From the NCBI GenBank assembly GCA_038087875.1, contig CM075993.1, positions 7,132,001 to 7,196,000 on the forward strand: a stretch of DNA of 64,000 bases. The letters are read 5' to 3'. This stretch comes from Malacoraja senta (Eukaryota). This document shows, piece by piece, positions 1 through 13,812 of the stretch. Numbering within the stretch: position 1 is the first letter of the stretch; each line of letters starts with the position of its first letter. Position numbers and translations under genes: made by a program. Under the pieces are notes generated by a model that made no database searches, had not been told where the DNA came from, and was given only the letters and a program-made list of their open reading frames with translations.

Positions 1-354
1 ATGAGAGACCGAGAGCTGCAAAAGTGTTCCTACTGCAGTCAATAGATTGAAAATCATTGGTTTAAAGATAGCATTAGAAATAAGAAATAGCTTACTATTG
101 ATCTTATAAAGGATATCTCGTGTCTGAAGAAGGGTCTCGACCTGAAACGTCACCCATTCCTTCTCTCCAGAGATGCTGCCTGTCCCTTTGAATTACTCCA
201 GCTTTTTTGTGTCTATCTGATGTAGTGTTTTTCATATTCCTCCAAACTGTCTGCATAGAGCTGGAACTGCTTTATCAGTTTGTGCAGCAGTTGCTACTAA
301 ATACTTTCAAAGTACTGTTTGAGTATTTGTAACAATCCTTTTTCTTTACATTAG

Positions 355-621
355 GATGTTCACAATGTTGTGGAAACCACTGAAAAGTCTCCAGGCTCCA
401 GTTCTCCACCCAGGGCCAGGTCTTGTGGCCAGACAGCAGAGGCTTCCACAACACGCGTAGCTGCTAATGGCTTAAACAACGGCAAAAAGGATGAGGCTCC
501 ACTGCTGAAGTCCGAGAGGCGGTCGAAAGTGAAGACACAGGGCTGGACTTGTGGTGAATGTCTCCAGTGGTTTGCAGAACGAGACCTCTATGTATCCCAC
601 ATGAAGCGAAGTCATGGAAAG
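355..621 (+). CDS. ZNF592: ZNF592-like zinc-finger protein, internal coding exon (gene begins upstream of window)
   Basis: Acceptor tttctttacattag|GAT at 354/355 and donor AAG|gtaaac at 621/622. Encodes [11 protein letters not shown]...[27 protein letters not shown], the GWTC C2H2 finger of the ZNF532/592/687 family. Phase 0 joins the next exon. Confidence 0.85.
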
Positions 622-1107
622 GTAAACGCCATTTTATTAATTAACTCCAGTTTGAATTGACGATCATTTTTATGGAATTATATAAAATTTGCAGGCAGGC
701 AGAACAAATCCAACCAATACTACTATTCCTCTCACATCACCTATTTATTCTAACTATGTATAACCTATTCATTTTCCCTTTGTGCACGCTTTCCTGCTTT
801 GTGATCACATCTATATTATTCATATCAATAACGTCAGCAGCAAACGTTTACATATTCACAACACTCTATGAACAAAGGATTTTCAAGAATTCCTTATTTA
901 TTGATCGTTATCTTAAATTTACGATATCTGGTTTTGGACTCTTTCATGAGAGAAATTACCATCTACTTGTCTACCATATCAAATAATATTCTATAATTTT
1001 AACAATTTCATTATGTTTACCCCTCAGCTGTAACAAATATCCCAAGTCCTTGGTCTTTCCTGACGGTTATAGATAATGAGATATAGACTGGCAACCAGTG
1101 GTACTTA

Positions 1108-1250
1108 CAGTGCCCTCCATAATGTTTGGGACAAAGACCCATCATTTCTTTATTTGCCTCTGTACTCCACAATTGGAGATTTGTAATAGAAAGAATCACA
1201 TGTGGTTAAAGTGCACATTGTCAGATTTTATTAAGGGCCATTTTTATACA
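1108..1250 (+). mobile_element. Solo fragment of a Tc1 terminal inverted repeat
   Basis: TA|CAGTGCCCTCCATAATGTTTGGGACAAAGACCCATC, near-identical to the TIR at 26277. Confidence 0.85.
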
Positions 1251-1267
1251 TACCAGAATGTATACAA

Positions 1268-1630
1268 ATAATAATAATAATAATGATGGATGGGATTTAT
1301 ATAGCGCCTTTCTAATACTCAAGGCGCTTTACATCGCATTATTCATTCACTCCTCAGTCACACTCGGTGGTGGTGAGCTACTTCTGTAGCCACAGCTGCC
1401 CTGGGGCAGACTGACGGAAGCGTGGCTGCTAATCTGCGCCTACGGCCCCTCCGACCACCACCAATCACTCACACACATTCACACACATTCACACACATTC
1501 ACACGCAGGCAAAGGTGGGTGAAGTGTCTTGCCCAAGGACACAATGACAGTATGCACTCCAAGCGGGATTCGAACCGGCTACCTTCCGGTTGCCAGCCGA
1601 ACACTTAGCCCATTGCGCCATCTGTCGGCC
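1268..1630 (-). mobile_element. tRNA-derived CORE-type SINE with L2-like tail
   Basis: Minus strand has a tRNA-like head with B box GGTTCGAATCCC, a CORE-like GTGTCCTTGGGCAAGACACTTCACC, an L2-like end AAGGCGCTATATAAAT and an (ATT)n tail. Confidence 0.7.
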
Positions 1631-1639
1631 TTTAATAAT

Positions 1640-2195
1640 GTACAGAATTGATATGTCAGAGAGGATTCTCTTGAACTACAGGTGTACAGTAGAGAGCAGA
1701 TTGACTGGTTGCCTCACGGCCTGGTTTGGCATCTTGAATGCCGAAGAACTAAGACTGCAAAAAGTTGTGAACACTGCCCAGTCCATCACGGGTTCTGACC
1801 TCCCCACCAACAAATGGATTTACGGGAATCGTTGCCTTAAAAAGGCAGACCCGCACCACCCTGGCCACACACTCATTTCACCCCTGCCATCGGGAAGAAG
1901 GTACAGGAGCCTGAAAACTGTAATGTCCAGGTTCAGGAACAGCTTCATCCCTACAGCCATTAGGCTAATAATCACTACAACCTCAAATAAACTCTGACCT
2001 CCATAGACTATTATTGTTATTATTGCACTATTATTGTTTTTATTTGTTTGTTACGTGTACGTATGCACATACTGAACCTTTTCATTTATTATATTGTTCA
2101 TAGTGTACTATGTTTACATATTCTGTAGTGCTGCAGCAAGTAAGAATGTCATTGTTCTATCTGGGACATATGGCAATAAAACACTCTTGACTCTC
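1640..2195 (+). mobile_element. Rex1/Babar-like LINE 3' fragment; related copies at ~14000-14290(-), 31362-32100(-), 37478-38195(+), 39350-40140(+), 61775-62370
   Basis: C-terminal ORF motif YRCTVES.LTGCI.AWFGN...DPHHPGHTLISPLPSGRRYRS...RFRNSF, followed by an AATAAA/(CTTGA)n tail. Confidence 0.75.
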
Positions 2196-5100
2196 TTGAG
2201 CCGGGCCTACTGGTGGGTCCTCCGTCATCGGTCCACGGCAGGCAAACCTCTGTCCTCTTGACAACGGCAGCGAGTTGGCCCTGCTCTGGAGAAAACAGAG
2301 GTGTGGCAGAGGGCCAAATCTCAACACTCCTCCAACACTTTGCCTGCTACTTTGACGACTGTATTGGTGCTGCCTCCTACACTCTTGTCCATTTCATCAT
2401 CATCTTTGCTATAAAAGGAAGAAGTGGTCTCGACCCAAAACGTCACCTATACCTTTTCTCCGGAGATGCTGTCTGACCCGCTGGGTTACTCCAGCTTTTT
2501 GTGTCAATCCACTGTTACTGTTGTTTCCATTGGAGCAATTTGTTTTTTAATCAAGCCATTTTGTGTCACAATCTTCACCACCACTAACTTGTTTGGACTA
2601 GTTCCTTTTGTTACACAATTAGGCAAATTCAGGGATAATGGTAATGCAATGTTTTATCTTTTATGGCTTTCTGCCAGCTTGAAGGGCTGCTGATTTACTG
2701 GCCTGTCAAGGAGAGTTTACTTTCACAAAGAAAAAGATTATGTGAACTGGTAGCTTTTGTGTGCTTCGTTCTTCTGTTCTTCCAGCATTCCCTGAAGAAA
2801 TTAAAGCTTTGTCTTCTCTAAAGCTTCATTACCGTGCAAATCCTTCAGACGACAGGCACACTGCCTTGTAATTGTAGATTAATTACGCAAATACCGAGAT
2901 TTCGGTTTGAACAATCGCTTATTTTGCTTTTTAATTTGTTTATTCAAGGTGGAGCAATATTAAATTTGCTTTTGTCATTCCTTCAGTGTTTAACGTTAAA
3001 AATCCAACTCAAAAGCTGCACAAAACCAATGATTTTATTTTGGCGTCCATGTTAAGAAAGCGATTGTCCCATATTTATTAACTTCCATTAGTTTCAATAT
3101 TAGGTTTTAGAAATAAGCTTATCAGTGTTATGAAAGAGTCATTCGCCTTGATTTCTTATTTACATTACAGTATTTCCCAATTTGATCTCTTATTTCTTAT
3201 TACTATCCCTTATCATATATCTGTCAACCGTGAATGACACGATTGTAATCATCTATTGTCCTTCCGCTGACTGGTTAGCACGCAACAAAAGATTTTCACT
3301 GTTCCTCGGTACATGTGACAAACTAATATTAAACTAAACTAAAGGTAGACAAAAATGCTGGAGAAACTCAGCGGGTGCAGCAGCATCTATGGAGTGAAGG
3401 AAATAGGCAACGTTTCGGGCAGAAAGCCTTCTTCAGACTAAACTAAACTAAACTATTTCTTCATGTGGTGATTTATCCTGGCATGCAGATGTGTGGGATT
3501 TAGGAAATTCCATGGTTGCTGGAGACTACAGATGCTCTCTTTAGATGTTGGTGGGCAGTCCAGTTCCATGAGAATTCATTTTGTGCTAGAATTTAGAAAG
3601 TTGTATTTATTCATTTTTAGGATCTGGGTGTTGTTGTCAAGGCCAGCATGTCTTGCCCATCCAAATTAGCTTTGAGTGTTGTCCCGAACAGAAGAGTTTG
3701 GAGCTGGGGGTTGAAGTCTTAGAATGAAGGATAGACCAGTTGGGACCAAGGAGAGGGGGAGAAGTCTCTTCACCAAGAGTGAAAGATCATTGTAATTCTC
3801 TACACCAGGGGGCTGTGGAGATCCCGTATCTGAGTTCATTCAGAACAACGATAGATTTCTGAATGTGAAGGGAACCTAGAGATGTGGGAAGAGTGCAAGA
3901 TAAAGGCTTTGTGATAGAAGATCAGCCTGAAGAGGTTCTGACTGTCCACCACATCTATGCCTCTCATATTTTTATATACTTCTATAAATCTTCCCTCAAC
4001 CTCTGATGTTCTGGAGAAACCAATCCAAGTCCCTCCAACCTCTCCCTGTAGCTGAAACACTAATCCAGGCAACATTTCCTCATGGTAAAGTGCCTGTACA
4101 CCCTCTCCAAAGCCTCCGCATCTGTCCTGTAATGTGGCAACCAGAACTGCCTATAGAGCTGCATCATGGATAGAAAAGTTTAGTTTATTATTGTCACGTG
4201 TACCAAGGTACAGTGCAAAGCTGGTGTTTGCATGCTATCCATTCAAAGAAAAGACTATACATGAATATAATCAAGCTGTTCATGGAGCACAGATTAAAGA
4301 TGTACAGAAGTATATTAGTTTATCAGAGGCATAGATAGGGTCGAGAGTCAGAACTTGATACTTTCTGATAGACAGTCAGAACCTTTTTCCACAGGATGGA
4401 AATGTCAACATCTAGAGACGTTAGCTTTTAGGTGAGAGGGGCAAAGTTTAATGGAGAGGTGCGGTGCAAGTTTTCTTTTCCACAGAGTGGTGGATGCCTG
4501 GAATGCTGCCTGGGGTGGTGATGTAGGAACACAGATAAGCAGGGAATAATGGTTCACGTACAGACAGAGAATAGTTTGACCTGGTATTATGTTCACACAG
4601 AAACTGTGGGCTCAAGGGCCTGTTCCTGTGCTGTATTATGTGAAGAAGGAATTTGATGGGAAACTTAACTTGATTACTTAGGGGGTGGTCAGAATGTGAA
4701 ACGCGCTGTATGGCAAGGCTGAGGTGAATGATATAGATATGTTGAACCAGCAGGATGATTGGTCATGCAAGGAATAGAAGATATTACTGATAGCACAAGG
4801 TGAAATCGGTTGAGAGGTTTGCTGTACGTTGCGGTGATAAGTTAGCCTGATCCTTTGCCTAAACCATGTGTAATATGATGCAAGGAAACAATAGTGGTAC
4901 CATTATGCCCAGTGTTTGGGTAAATTAGACCAACAATGCACTGCACAGTAGCTTTAGATTTTTAATTGTCACATGTACAGAGGTACTGTGAAAAGCTTTG
5001 TTTTGCAAGCTATCCAATCAGATAATATAAATCATAAATCAGATAATACAATGCATAAAAACAGTCAAGCCAAACTCAAGTTCAATAGGCAAGTGAAGTA

Positions 5101-5711
5101 GGAGATACTGAGTGCAGAATATAGTTTGAATGTTACTACAGCATAAAGAAATGGTACTAGATTTACAGGGAGAAAAGAGTAGGGTGATTGTATCGGATGA
5201 TAGTAGATACTCTAGGACCTGTAAAATGGGCTATCCGGCGCCATCTTAAAATGGAGGTGCAAGATAGAGCAGAGTTTTGCTTGGCAAACGGAGAGTTGTA
5301 TTTGTTCACTTTTCTTAATTCTCAAAGCCCTCTCTCCACTCTCCTCTCTAGGAAAGTGACTGAACATGCAAATCAGGAGTAGGGATAGGCCACTCGTGGT
5401 AATAGATGAACTCCAGTTAGCCCATCGTCCCAGTTATAGAAACATAGAAACATAGAAAAATAGGTGCAGGAATAGGCCATTATGCCCTTCAAGCCATTCA
5501 ATATGATCATGGCTGATTATCTAAAATCAGTACCCCGTTCCTGCGTTTTCCCATTAGCTTTATTCCTTTAGCCCTAAGAGATAAATCTAACTCTCTCTCT
5601 CCAGTCACTCAACTGGAGCATTGGCTCCTGATCCACAACCACGGTAAGATTAGTCCCTCAAATATTTAAGGTGAAGCAATAATTATTTATTTTTAAACCA
5701 CTTTTCAACAG

Positions 5712-5824
5712 TCAATGAAGAGGTATCCATGTCGACAGTGTGATCGTTCTTTCAACGCCACACACTGCCTGCGGCGACATGTTCGAGTGAATCATGATGG
5801 CGTCAAGAGAACTTACACCTGTTG
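5712..5824 (+). CDS. ZNF592: ZNF592-like coding exon (113 nt, absent from ORF track)
   Basis: cttttcaacag|TCA ATG AAG AGG TAT CCA TGT...ACC TGT TG|gtaagc. Translates [37 protein letters not shown](W), a C2H2 finger. Phase 0 in, phase 2 out. Confidence 0.9.
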
Positions 5825-6719
5825 GTAAGCATTGCATCAGACTTTGTGAATGTGCCTAACTTGCTTGATCAATTCACCAAGAGGGTCTCAACCCGAAACG
5901 TCACCCATTCCTTCTCTCCAGTTGATGCTACCTGTCCCGCTGATTTACTCCAGCTTTTTGTGTCTATCTTTGGTTTAAACCAGCATCTGCAGTTCCTTCT
6001 TACACAAAATAATTCCTTTCATTTGCAATTGCCCCGTCCATTCACCTCAGAGCTAATAAATTGTAATATAGTCATTTAGTTTAGTTCAGAGATACGTCGC
6101 AGAAACAGGCCCTTTCGCTCACCAAATCCACGACCATCCTTCACCCATACACTTCTATCCTACACGCTAGGGACTATTTACAGAAGCCAATTAACCTATA
6201 AACCTGCATTTAGAATGCGGGAGGAAACCGGAGCTCCCAGAGAAAACCCTTGCGGAAGAATCTACAGACAGCACCCGTAGTCAGGATCAAACCCGGGTCT
6301 CTGACGCTGTAAGACAGCAATTCTACCGCTGCCTTTTCAGCACAATGCCACAAATTACAAATAGAAATATCTCATCCAAAATACTTCTGATTGTGTCCCA
6401 TTCACCCATCGCTACATTGTCTCCTGGTGTGGTTCAACTTAGAGTCGTGCAACATGGAAACGACCACTTTGGCCCAACTTGCCCATGCCGACCAAGATAT
6501 ATCAACCTTTTAAAGCGAATACATATTTTTAATCTGGAGGGTGTACCAGATGCAGTGAACCAATACACAAACAAAAAATGTACGTGGCGAAATTATAGTT
6601 CTCATAATGCTCTGCTGGCTTGTTAGCATCTCTAAAGGGCAATGTTAGCTGTCTGAAGATCAGCAGGGTGGAACTTTGCTTTTACTTAAACAGTACTGCG
6701 AAATATTCAAAACATATAT

Positions 6720-7605
6720 CCAACATCCAACTCCGCATCCAACGCATCATACTCCGACATTTCCATCACCTCCAACATGATTCCTCCACTAGTCATCTTC
6801 CCATCTCCACCCTTTTCCACCTTCTGCAGAGACCCGTTCCCTCCACAACTCCTTGGTTCACTCATCCCTTCCCACCCAAACCACCCCCTTCCCAGGTACT
6901 TTCCCCTGCAACCTCAGGAGATGAAACTCCAGGGAACACAGCAGTCCTTCCAGGTGAGACAGAGACTCACATGCACCTCCTCCCACCTCATCTACTGCAA
7001 CCCGTGTTCCCGATGTGGCCTCCTGAGCATCGGCGAGACCAGGTGTAGACTCGGCTACTGTTTTTCGCTAAACACTTTTGCTTGGTCCGCCAATGCCTTC
7101 TGGATCTCCCGGTTGCTAACCATTTTAACTCCACTTCCCATTCCCATACCGACCTTTCTATCCTGGTTCTCCTCCATTGTCAAGTGAGGCCATACACAAA
7201 CCGTTGGAACGGCACTTCTTATTCCACTGACTAACCCTTTTTTTCCCCCACCCCTTCACTGTGCCCCACCTTAACTCGCATCTATTTCTCCTCCGTCCCC
7301 CCCTTTCACCTACATTCCTTCCTCTAGCTTCACAATTCACAACTCTTCAATCCTTTTGTCTCACACCTTCTATCTTTTCATCTCTAGCCTTTGTCCAACC
7401 AGCTGCCTATCAACCCGCTCACCCCTTCACCTGTAAACACCTGCCAGAATTTGTACTGTTTCTCCTCTATTCCAGATTTCTTTCCCCAATGCCCCCCTCC
7501 CCCCCTCTCCACAATCATTCTGAAGAAGGGTACTGACCCAAACAGTCACTTTTCCATGTCCTCCAGAGATGATTCCTGGCTTGCTGAGTTACCCCAGCAC
7601 TTTTG
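6720..7605 (+). mobile_element. Penelope-like element, degenerate GIY-YIG fragment plus terminal repeat
   Basis: Encodes SFQVRQRLTCTSSHLIYC..CSRCGLLSIGETR, followed by a pyrimidine-rich 3' region and a CTGAAGAAGGG terminal repeat. Confidence 0.75.
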
Positions 7606-8572
7606 TGCCTGTTTTTTACAAAAATAGTTCCTATTGCTGAACACCAGAGGGATCTCCTTGCTGCGTGCTACAGGGAAAATCACAGCAAGGTTGTCCTCTA
7701 CTGCATCCTCCCACTGGCCTGGGAGCTGCTTCTCAAATCACACTCAGTCTGAAGGAGGGTTCCGACCCGAAACCTCACCCGTCCTTTTTCTCCAGAGATG
7801 GCTGCCTGCCCGCTGAGTTACTCCAGCATTTTGTGTCTTATCAGAGGCAGGACTAAGCCTGGAGAGTGATGGGTGGATACAGGTGGGGGGTTGATAGGCA
7901 GATGGTTGGTCAAAGGCCAGAGATGAAAAGACAGAAGTTTTTGTAAACCAGCATTGCTGTTCGTTGTTTTCAAGACCAATATGTATTCAAGTTCAGGGTT
8001 TGCTGCTAACTACTAAGAAAACATCTAACCTATATTGGAGCAGTGACGGAGAGCACTTACCACAAACATTATTTATTTATTGAATTTGAATATGAAGTAG
8101 GAAAATTTCTCAAAAACTGGTAATTATGTCAGAAATGTTTTAGAAATGTGGTTTTATAGAGGCGCGGGAATAGCAGCCAGGCTGTCATTTAGTTAAATTG
8201 CATAGTTCCAACCTCTTCTTGGTATCCTCACAAAACCGCACTTTCCCTGAGAGCTTGCTGAGGTTTTGAAGATGACTTATGACAAGATTGAACAAATAGG
8301 TAAACCTCAGCTTCCTCTACTGCACAGTAGGAGATGAGAGTTGGTGTCAGTTGGTAGAAGTAACCAGTACAGCAGTAACAAGTTTTCATAGTTCTACATC
8401 TTGTACAGATAGGGATCACAGTAAATTCTGTGAACTGATTGTCACTCTGAAAAAGTCGTGGAGGATTTAAAAGAAATGTAATGTACTCGAGTCATCAGTT
8501 ATCATTTGAGATGCAGAAGCAGTGATGTGAAGCCGTGAACTGATTTTAGAAAAAGCCTGATATTAATTGGGA

Positions 8573-9512
8573 TAGACACAAAATGCTGGAGTAACTCAGC
8601 AGGACAGGCAACATCTCTCGGTAGAAGGAATGGGTCGAGACCCTTCTTCAGACTGAGTTGGGGGAGGGGGAGATACAGAGATAAGGGAGGGTAAGGTGTG
8701 AAAATGAGATCAAAAGAAATGGAGATCAAGGAACATGTAGATTAGATCTTTGTTAGTTAGAAGAAGGTGACAACAAAGCAAACATAGATAAAATGTAATT
8801 GGGTCCTCGACTCCGTCCAAGGACCCCGACAGTCATTTCAAGTGTGGCAGAGGTTCGCTTGCACCTATAACCTCATCTACTGTATCTGCTGTTCCAGGTG
8901 TAGACTCCAATATATCGGTGAGACCAAGCACAGGCTCGGCGATCGTTTTGCTGAACACCTCCGCTCAGTCCGCATAAACCTACCTGAAACACTTTTAACT
9001 CCCATTCCCACACTGACCTTTCTGTCCTGGGCCTCCTCCATTGCCAGAGTGAGGCCCAGTGTAAATTGGAGGAACAGCATCTCATATTTTGGTTGGGCAA
9101 CTTACACCCCAGCGGTATGAACATTGACTTCTCTAACTTCAAGTAACCCTTGTTTTCCCTCTCTCTCCATCGCCTCCCTCTTCCCATTTCTCCAACCAGT
9201 TTTACTATCTCCGACTACACTTTATCTCGGTTTACCTTCTCACAACTAACAATGATCTATTCTACATTCTCCTTGATATACATTCCCTTTGTCCTGTTTT
9301 CACACCTTACACTTCCTTATCTATACACTTCCTTATCTATACACTTCCTTATCTATGTACCTTCCACTCCCCTAACATCAGTCTGAAGAAGGGTCTCGAC
9401 CCGAAACATCACCCATTCCTTCTCTCCAGAGATGCTGCCTGTCCCACCGAGTTACTCCAGCATTTTGTGTCTATCTTCGATTTAAACCAGCATCTGCGGT
9501 TCTTTCCTACGC
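8573..9512 (+). mobile_element. Penelope-like element with inverted upstream terminal-repeat copy
   Basis: GIY-YIG fragment FACTYNLIYCICCSRCRLQYIGETKHRLGDRFAEH (8842 onward). 8573-8795 is an inverted copy of parts of 9220-9475, the typical Penelope inverted pseudo-LTR arrangement. Confidence 0.85.
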
Positions 9513-10059
9513 ATCAATATTCATAGAGCTGGGGTGTAAGCTGCCGGTTCTGTAATACATCTAGTCGTTCAAGTCAGATTGAAACTGATAAAAATCTGCA
9601 TGAAATTGCAAGTTATGCACAAATACCGTTTCTGGTAATTACGGTATCAACTTTTTGTTCAGTTCTAAGAACCAATTGCGATGATTTGGAGTAGTTGAAA
9701 GAAATATAATATGGCTGAATCATCAACTTATTCAAGACAACAAATATTTGAAAGGTGGGATTTTTTCCCATTTCTTTCACGATGCTTTAACCAAAAGTAG
9801 TTAATTTGCAAGTGGACTGTGCAGTTTCAAGACACTAGCAATTATGCATGACGCTTCCAGCAATAATGACCTGTCTTAATATGGCTCCTTCAACGTAATA
9901 TTCCAGGTGCTTCAGAGGGGTGTTGTCAAGCAAACTTAGATACTGCTGTTAATGACGTCATAGGCATCTGAACATAGGAAATTCAACCAAGGTTTATTAA
10001 GAAATTGGGTTAGGGTTAGGTCCTTGACACCATAGGGCCTTGACTACTGAAAGCCTTAG

Positions 10060-11045
10060 CAGAGCTGCCAAATAGTATGGATTTTCAGTATTTTGTACGG
10101 AAATGTGATAACAATACTGATGTACGATTTTGTGTTGTTAAATACGGATTTTAAATACAGAGTTAAGTTCAGTTTGAAGAAAGGTCTCGACCAGAAACGT
10201 CACCCATTCCTACTCTCCAGAGTCACTGCCTGTCCCGCACCAGGTTTAAACAGAGCGCTGACAGTTTAACGCGTGGGAATTTAAAGAAAAGCTGTCGGCT
10301 GGAGCGCTGTGGGTTCTAAATATAGAGCTACCGGCTGGAGAGCTATGGGCTTTACACGTAGCGCTATGGCCACAGCGCTATGTGTCACAGACTGTTCAGG
10401 AAAATTTTCGTATAACAATGAGTCTTTGGAATTCTCTTTGAGCCTTTGATTATTTTTCAGGAAGTGGTAGAATTCTGGATAAGCCTAGTGGTGAAAGGGT
10501 TACCAGTGGGATTGCAGTTACATTGGGATTGGCCTTGATTTTACAGAACGGTGGGTGGGCTCAAGGGGGAGAGAGGGAGGGAGAGAGGGAGGAGGAGGGA
10601 GAAGGAGAGAGAGGGAGGGAGGGAATTAGAGAGGGAGGGAGATAAGGAAACAGAGGGAGGAAGAGAGAGGGAGGAAGAGAGAGGGAGGGAGAGAAAGAGG
10701 GGGGGAGAGAGAGGGAGGTAGGTAGGGAGGGCGAGAGGGATGGAGGGAGGGAGTGAGAGGGAGCGAGGGAGGCAGATGGAGGCTTCCAAAATGGCTTCTA
10801 CAACATCATCTGGTGCTAAAAGCAGATGATGGCAATGAATGCACTGTCAAGTAAGGTGCGTAGAAGACATGTCAATTGGTAACAAAGTTATGCATTCTTG
10901 TACTCTTACATGGGTATGACCGCACATTAAAAATTAAAAAAAATTCAGCAAAATGGCACCGCATAAAAATACTGATTTCCTAAGCAAAATACTGATTTTC
11001 AGGTACTAGAATACTGAAATGCTCTCACAAAACTTGGCAGCTCTG
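10060..11045. mobile_element. Non-autonomous DNA transposon with 12-bp TIRs and internal GA-rich tract
   Basis: CAGAGCTGCCAA (10060)...TTGGCAGCTCTG (11045); repeated AATACTGA subterminal motifs; flanks ccttag/ccttgc; purine tract ~10563-10775. Confidence 0.7.
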
Positions 11046-11926
11046 CCTTGCGACTAGAGGAGATTAGATTCAGATAAGGTGAAAGGCAAGAAGGGATCTA
11101 AAAATGTGAATAAGGACTTTAAAATCAAGGCTCTCCTAACTAGGAGACGATGTAAGTCAGCACATTTGGTTAATCACTGAACAAAACTGTTTGAAACAGG
11201 ACATGAACGGTGACTTCAAGTTCACAAAGGTTCACCAAGAGACTCCATCCTCACCTTTGTTGTCCCAAGCTGTCTACTCCAGCACAAGCCCAGCTGAAGG
11301 TTTTAAGCAAGCTGAGGCAAGGACAGAGTGGGGCATTGCTGTAAGATAAAATCAGGTAGATTTGGCAGAGAAATTATAAAAAAACAGCCCAAACAAAGTA
11401 TGTAGGAAGGAACTGCAGGTGCTGGTTTATACCGAAAATGGACACAAAGTGTTGGAGTAACTCGGGGTCCGAGAGCTGGCGCCAGGCCTCAACCTGGTGG
11501 AGGTCAGCTCGCCAGACTACCACGGCACCTCCATTGTCGGCGGGTTTGGTGATAGTCGGGATTGATGCAAAGTGAGTGGAAGGCTGAAGATGCTGCCTGA
11601 CCCGCAGAATTAGTCCAAAATTCAACTATTTGTCAATGCAACTCCAAGCTTCAAACAGCAGATTCAGTGTTAAAGCCATCAGGGAGAAAGTGTAGAGCTT
11701 GGCTGAGGAACAGAGATTGGGGTGGAGTCGGAGGAATTGGCTATGGTGTTCCTAATAGTAATTTGGAAGACCAAGTGGTGTGTGTGCTTTATTTTTAAAA
11801 GGGATACTATTTGTGCCTGTGCCAAAAACTACTTGTCAGCATTTTGTTCATGAATGTGAGATCGAGCTTGGAGCTTCCCTGATCTGACGTAGGTAAACAC
11901 ACTCATAATATAGTGCACATTCATGC

Positions 11927-12508
11927 TTCTTTATTTTTATTTTATTATTATTTTTATTAGAGACAATTGTACAAGAATAAAACATTCGGCATGTAAAATT
12001 ACACAATTATTGTACAGCTTCAATTTTGACCTTTTAACCTGAAAATGAAAGAAAAGAAGAAAGAACAAGAGAGGGAAAAAGTGAAAAGATAGGACCCCTA
12101 GACTACCAAAGTAGTGTGGCCAAAGAGTGAATAAAGGTATAAACGAGGAAAAAGAAAAAGAAAAAAAGGAAAGAAAAAAAAAGTGGAGATATACCTGCCC
12201 CTCGTCTCCCCCGCCCACCTCACCCAACCCATAATTGGATTTAAATCCAAATTTGTGTTGCGCCATACTTGTAAAAATTCGGTAAAGGGTGTCCATGTCT
12301 TGAAAAATTGGTCTGGTTTTTCTGCCAAGACAAGCCTAATATTTTCCAAATGTAGTGTCTCGGACATGTTTGTAATCCACATCTTTAGAGTGGATTTCAA
12401 AATTTGTTTCCAAAATATAAGTATTCGTTTTTTCGCTGTTATCAGGCCATAGTTAAGGGAACGTCTTTGAAATGATGTTAGCTCAGAACAGGCTTCTGAG
12501 CTAACACC
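11927..12508 (-). mobile_element. 5'-truncated L1-clade LINE 3' end with 13-bp TSD
   Basis: ORF2 C-terminus-like LITAKKRILIFWK...FFKTWTPF; A-rich tail; TGCACATTCATGC duplicated at 11914-11926 and 12509-12521. Confidence 0.8.
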
Positions 12509-13004
12509 TGCACATTCATGCATAGGTGTAGATTCTTCCAGGGCAATAATTTGGGGGTGCCAAACAAAAATATATTTTGGTGAAGATATTTCAGTTAGTC
12601 ATTGCTTTCTCCCTCTTTCCCCTCTCCTTCCCAGCTCTTGCACAGCCTCTTCCTTTCTTCTTCCCGCCCCCCCCCCCACCCCCACATCAGTCTGAAGAAG
12701 GGTCTCAACCCAAAACGTCACCTATTCCTTCACTCCATAAATGCTGCCTCACCCGCTGAGTTTCTCCAGCATTTTTGTCGAGTCCTGAAAAGCGCTATAT
12801 AAATAAAATCTATTATTATTATTACCTTTGGGAAAGAGAGGTGCTTTGCCACCTAGTGGCATATCCTGTAATTTTTTAACAATCAATTTTTCTAGTTCAA
12901 AGCTTTATGTTCAGATCTCTTCCTTCTCTATTCTTTTGCCATACCACGACCAATAACAAAACCAACATCTCTAACACAGATTATTTGTTCCTCAACTTCA
13001 CCAT

Positions 13005-13812
13005 GTTATAGCAAGAGATGTTGTCAGAGCTGGAAAGAGTGCAGAGAAGATTCACGAGGATGTTGCCAGGACTCGAGGGCCTGAGCTATAGCGAGAGGGG
13101 GAGCAGGCTAGGAATTTATACCTTGGAGTGCAGGAGGAAGAAGGGTGATGTTATCGAGGTGTACAAAATAATGAGAGGAATAGATCAGGTAAATCCATCA
13201 AGTTTTTTACCCAGAGTAGGGGAATCGAAAACCAGAGGACATAGGTTTACGGTGAGGGTGGAAATATTTAATAGGGTAACTTGAGGGGGTAACTTTTTTA
13301 CACAAAAGGTGGTTGGTGCAGGGAATGAGCTGCCGGAGGAGGTCGTTGAGTCAGGTACTATGTAACCTTTAAGAAACATTTGAACTGGTATGTGGATAGG
13401 ACAGGTTCTGAGGGATATGGACCAAGCGTAGGACAACCAGAGGACATAGTTTAAGGTGAAAGGGAAAAGATTTAATAAGAATCCGACGGGTAACTTTTTC
13501 ACACAAAGGGTGGTGATGTATGGAACAAGCTGCCAGAGGAGGAAGTTGAGGCTGGGACTATCCCAACATTTAAGAAGCAGTTCGACAGCTATATGGATAG
13601 GACAGGTTTGGAGGGATATGGACTAAATGCTGGTAGGTGGGACTAGTGTAGCTGGGTCATGTTGGCCGGTGTGGGCAAGTTGGGCCTAAAGGCCTGTTTC
13701 CACATTGTATCACCCTATGACTCTAACTAGGGGGACTGGTGTAGATGGTGTATGTTGGTTGGCATGGGCAAGTTGGGTCGAAGGGCCTGTATCCCTGCTG
13801 TATAACTATGAC
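13005..13812 (+). mobile_element. Nested CR1-clade LINE 3' fragments; other copies at ~22110-22580(-), 24510-25045(-), 29790-30210(+), 35670-36310(-), 36515-36920(+), 38510-38780(+), 47510-48160, 58340-58690(-), 61270-61600(+)
   Basis: Encodes LERVQRRFTRMLPGLEGLSY...RGDLIE.YKI...ESRTRGH...WNKLP, the C-terminus of CR1 ORF2. Confidence 0.85.

Noticed and set aside
657..986. 109-aa hydrophobic ORF
   Set aside because: AT-rich intron sequence right after a GT donor; no recognisable family.
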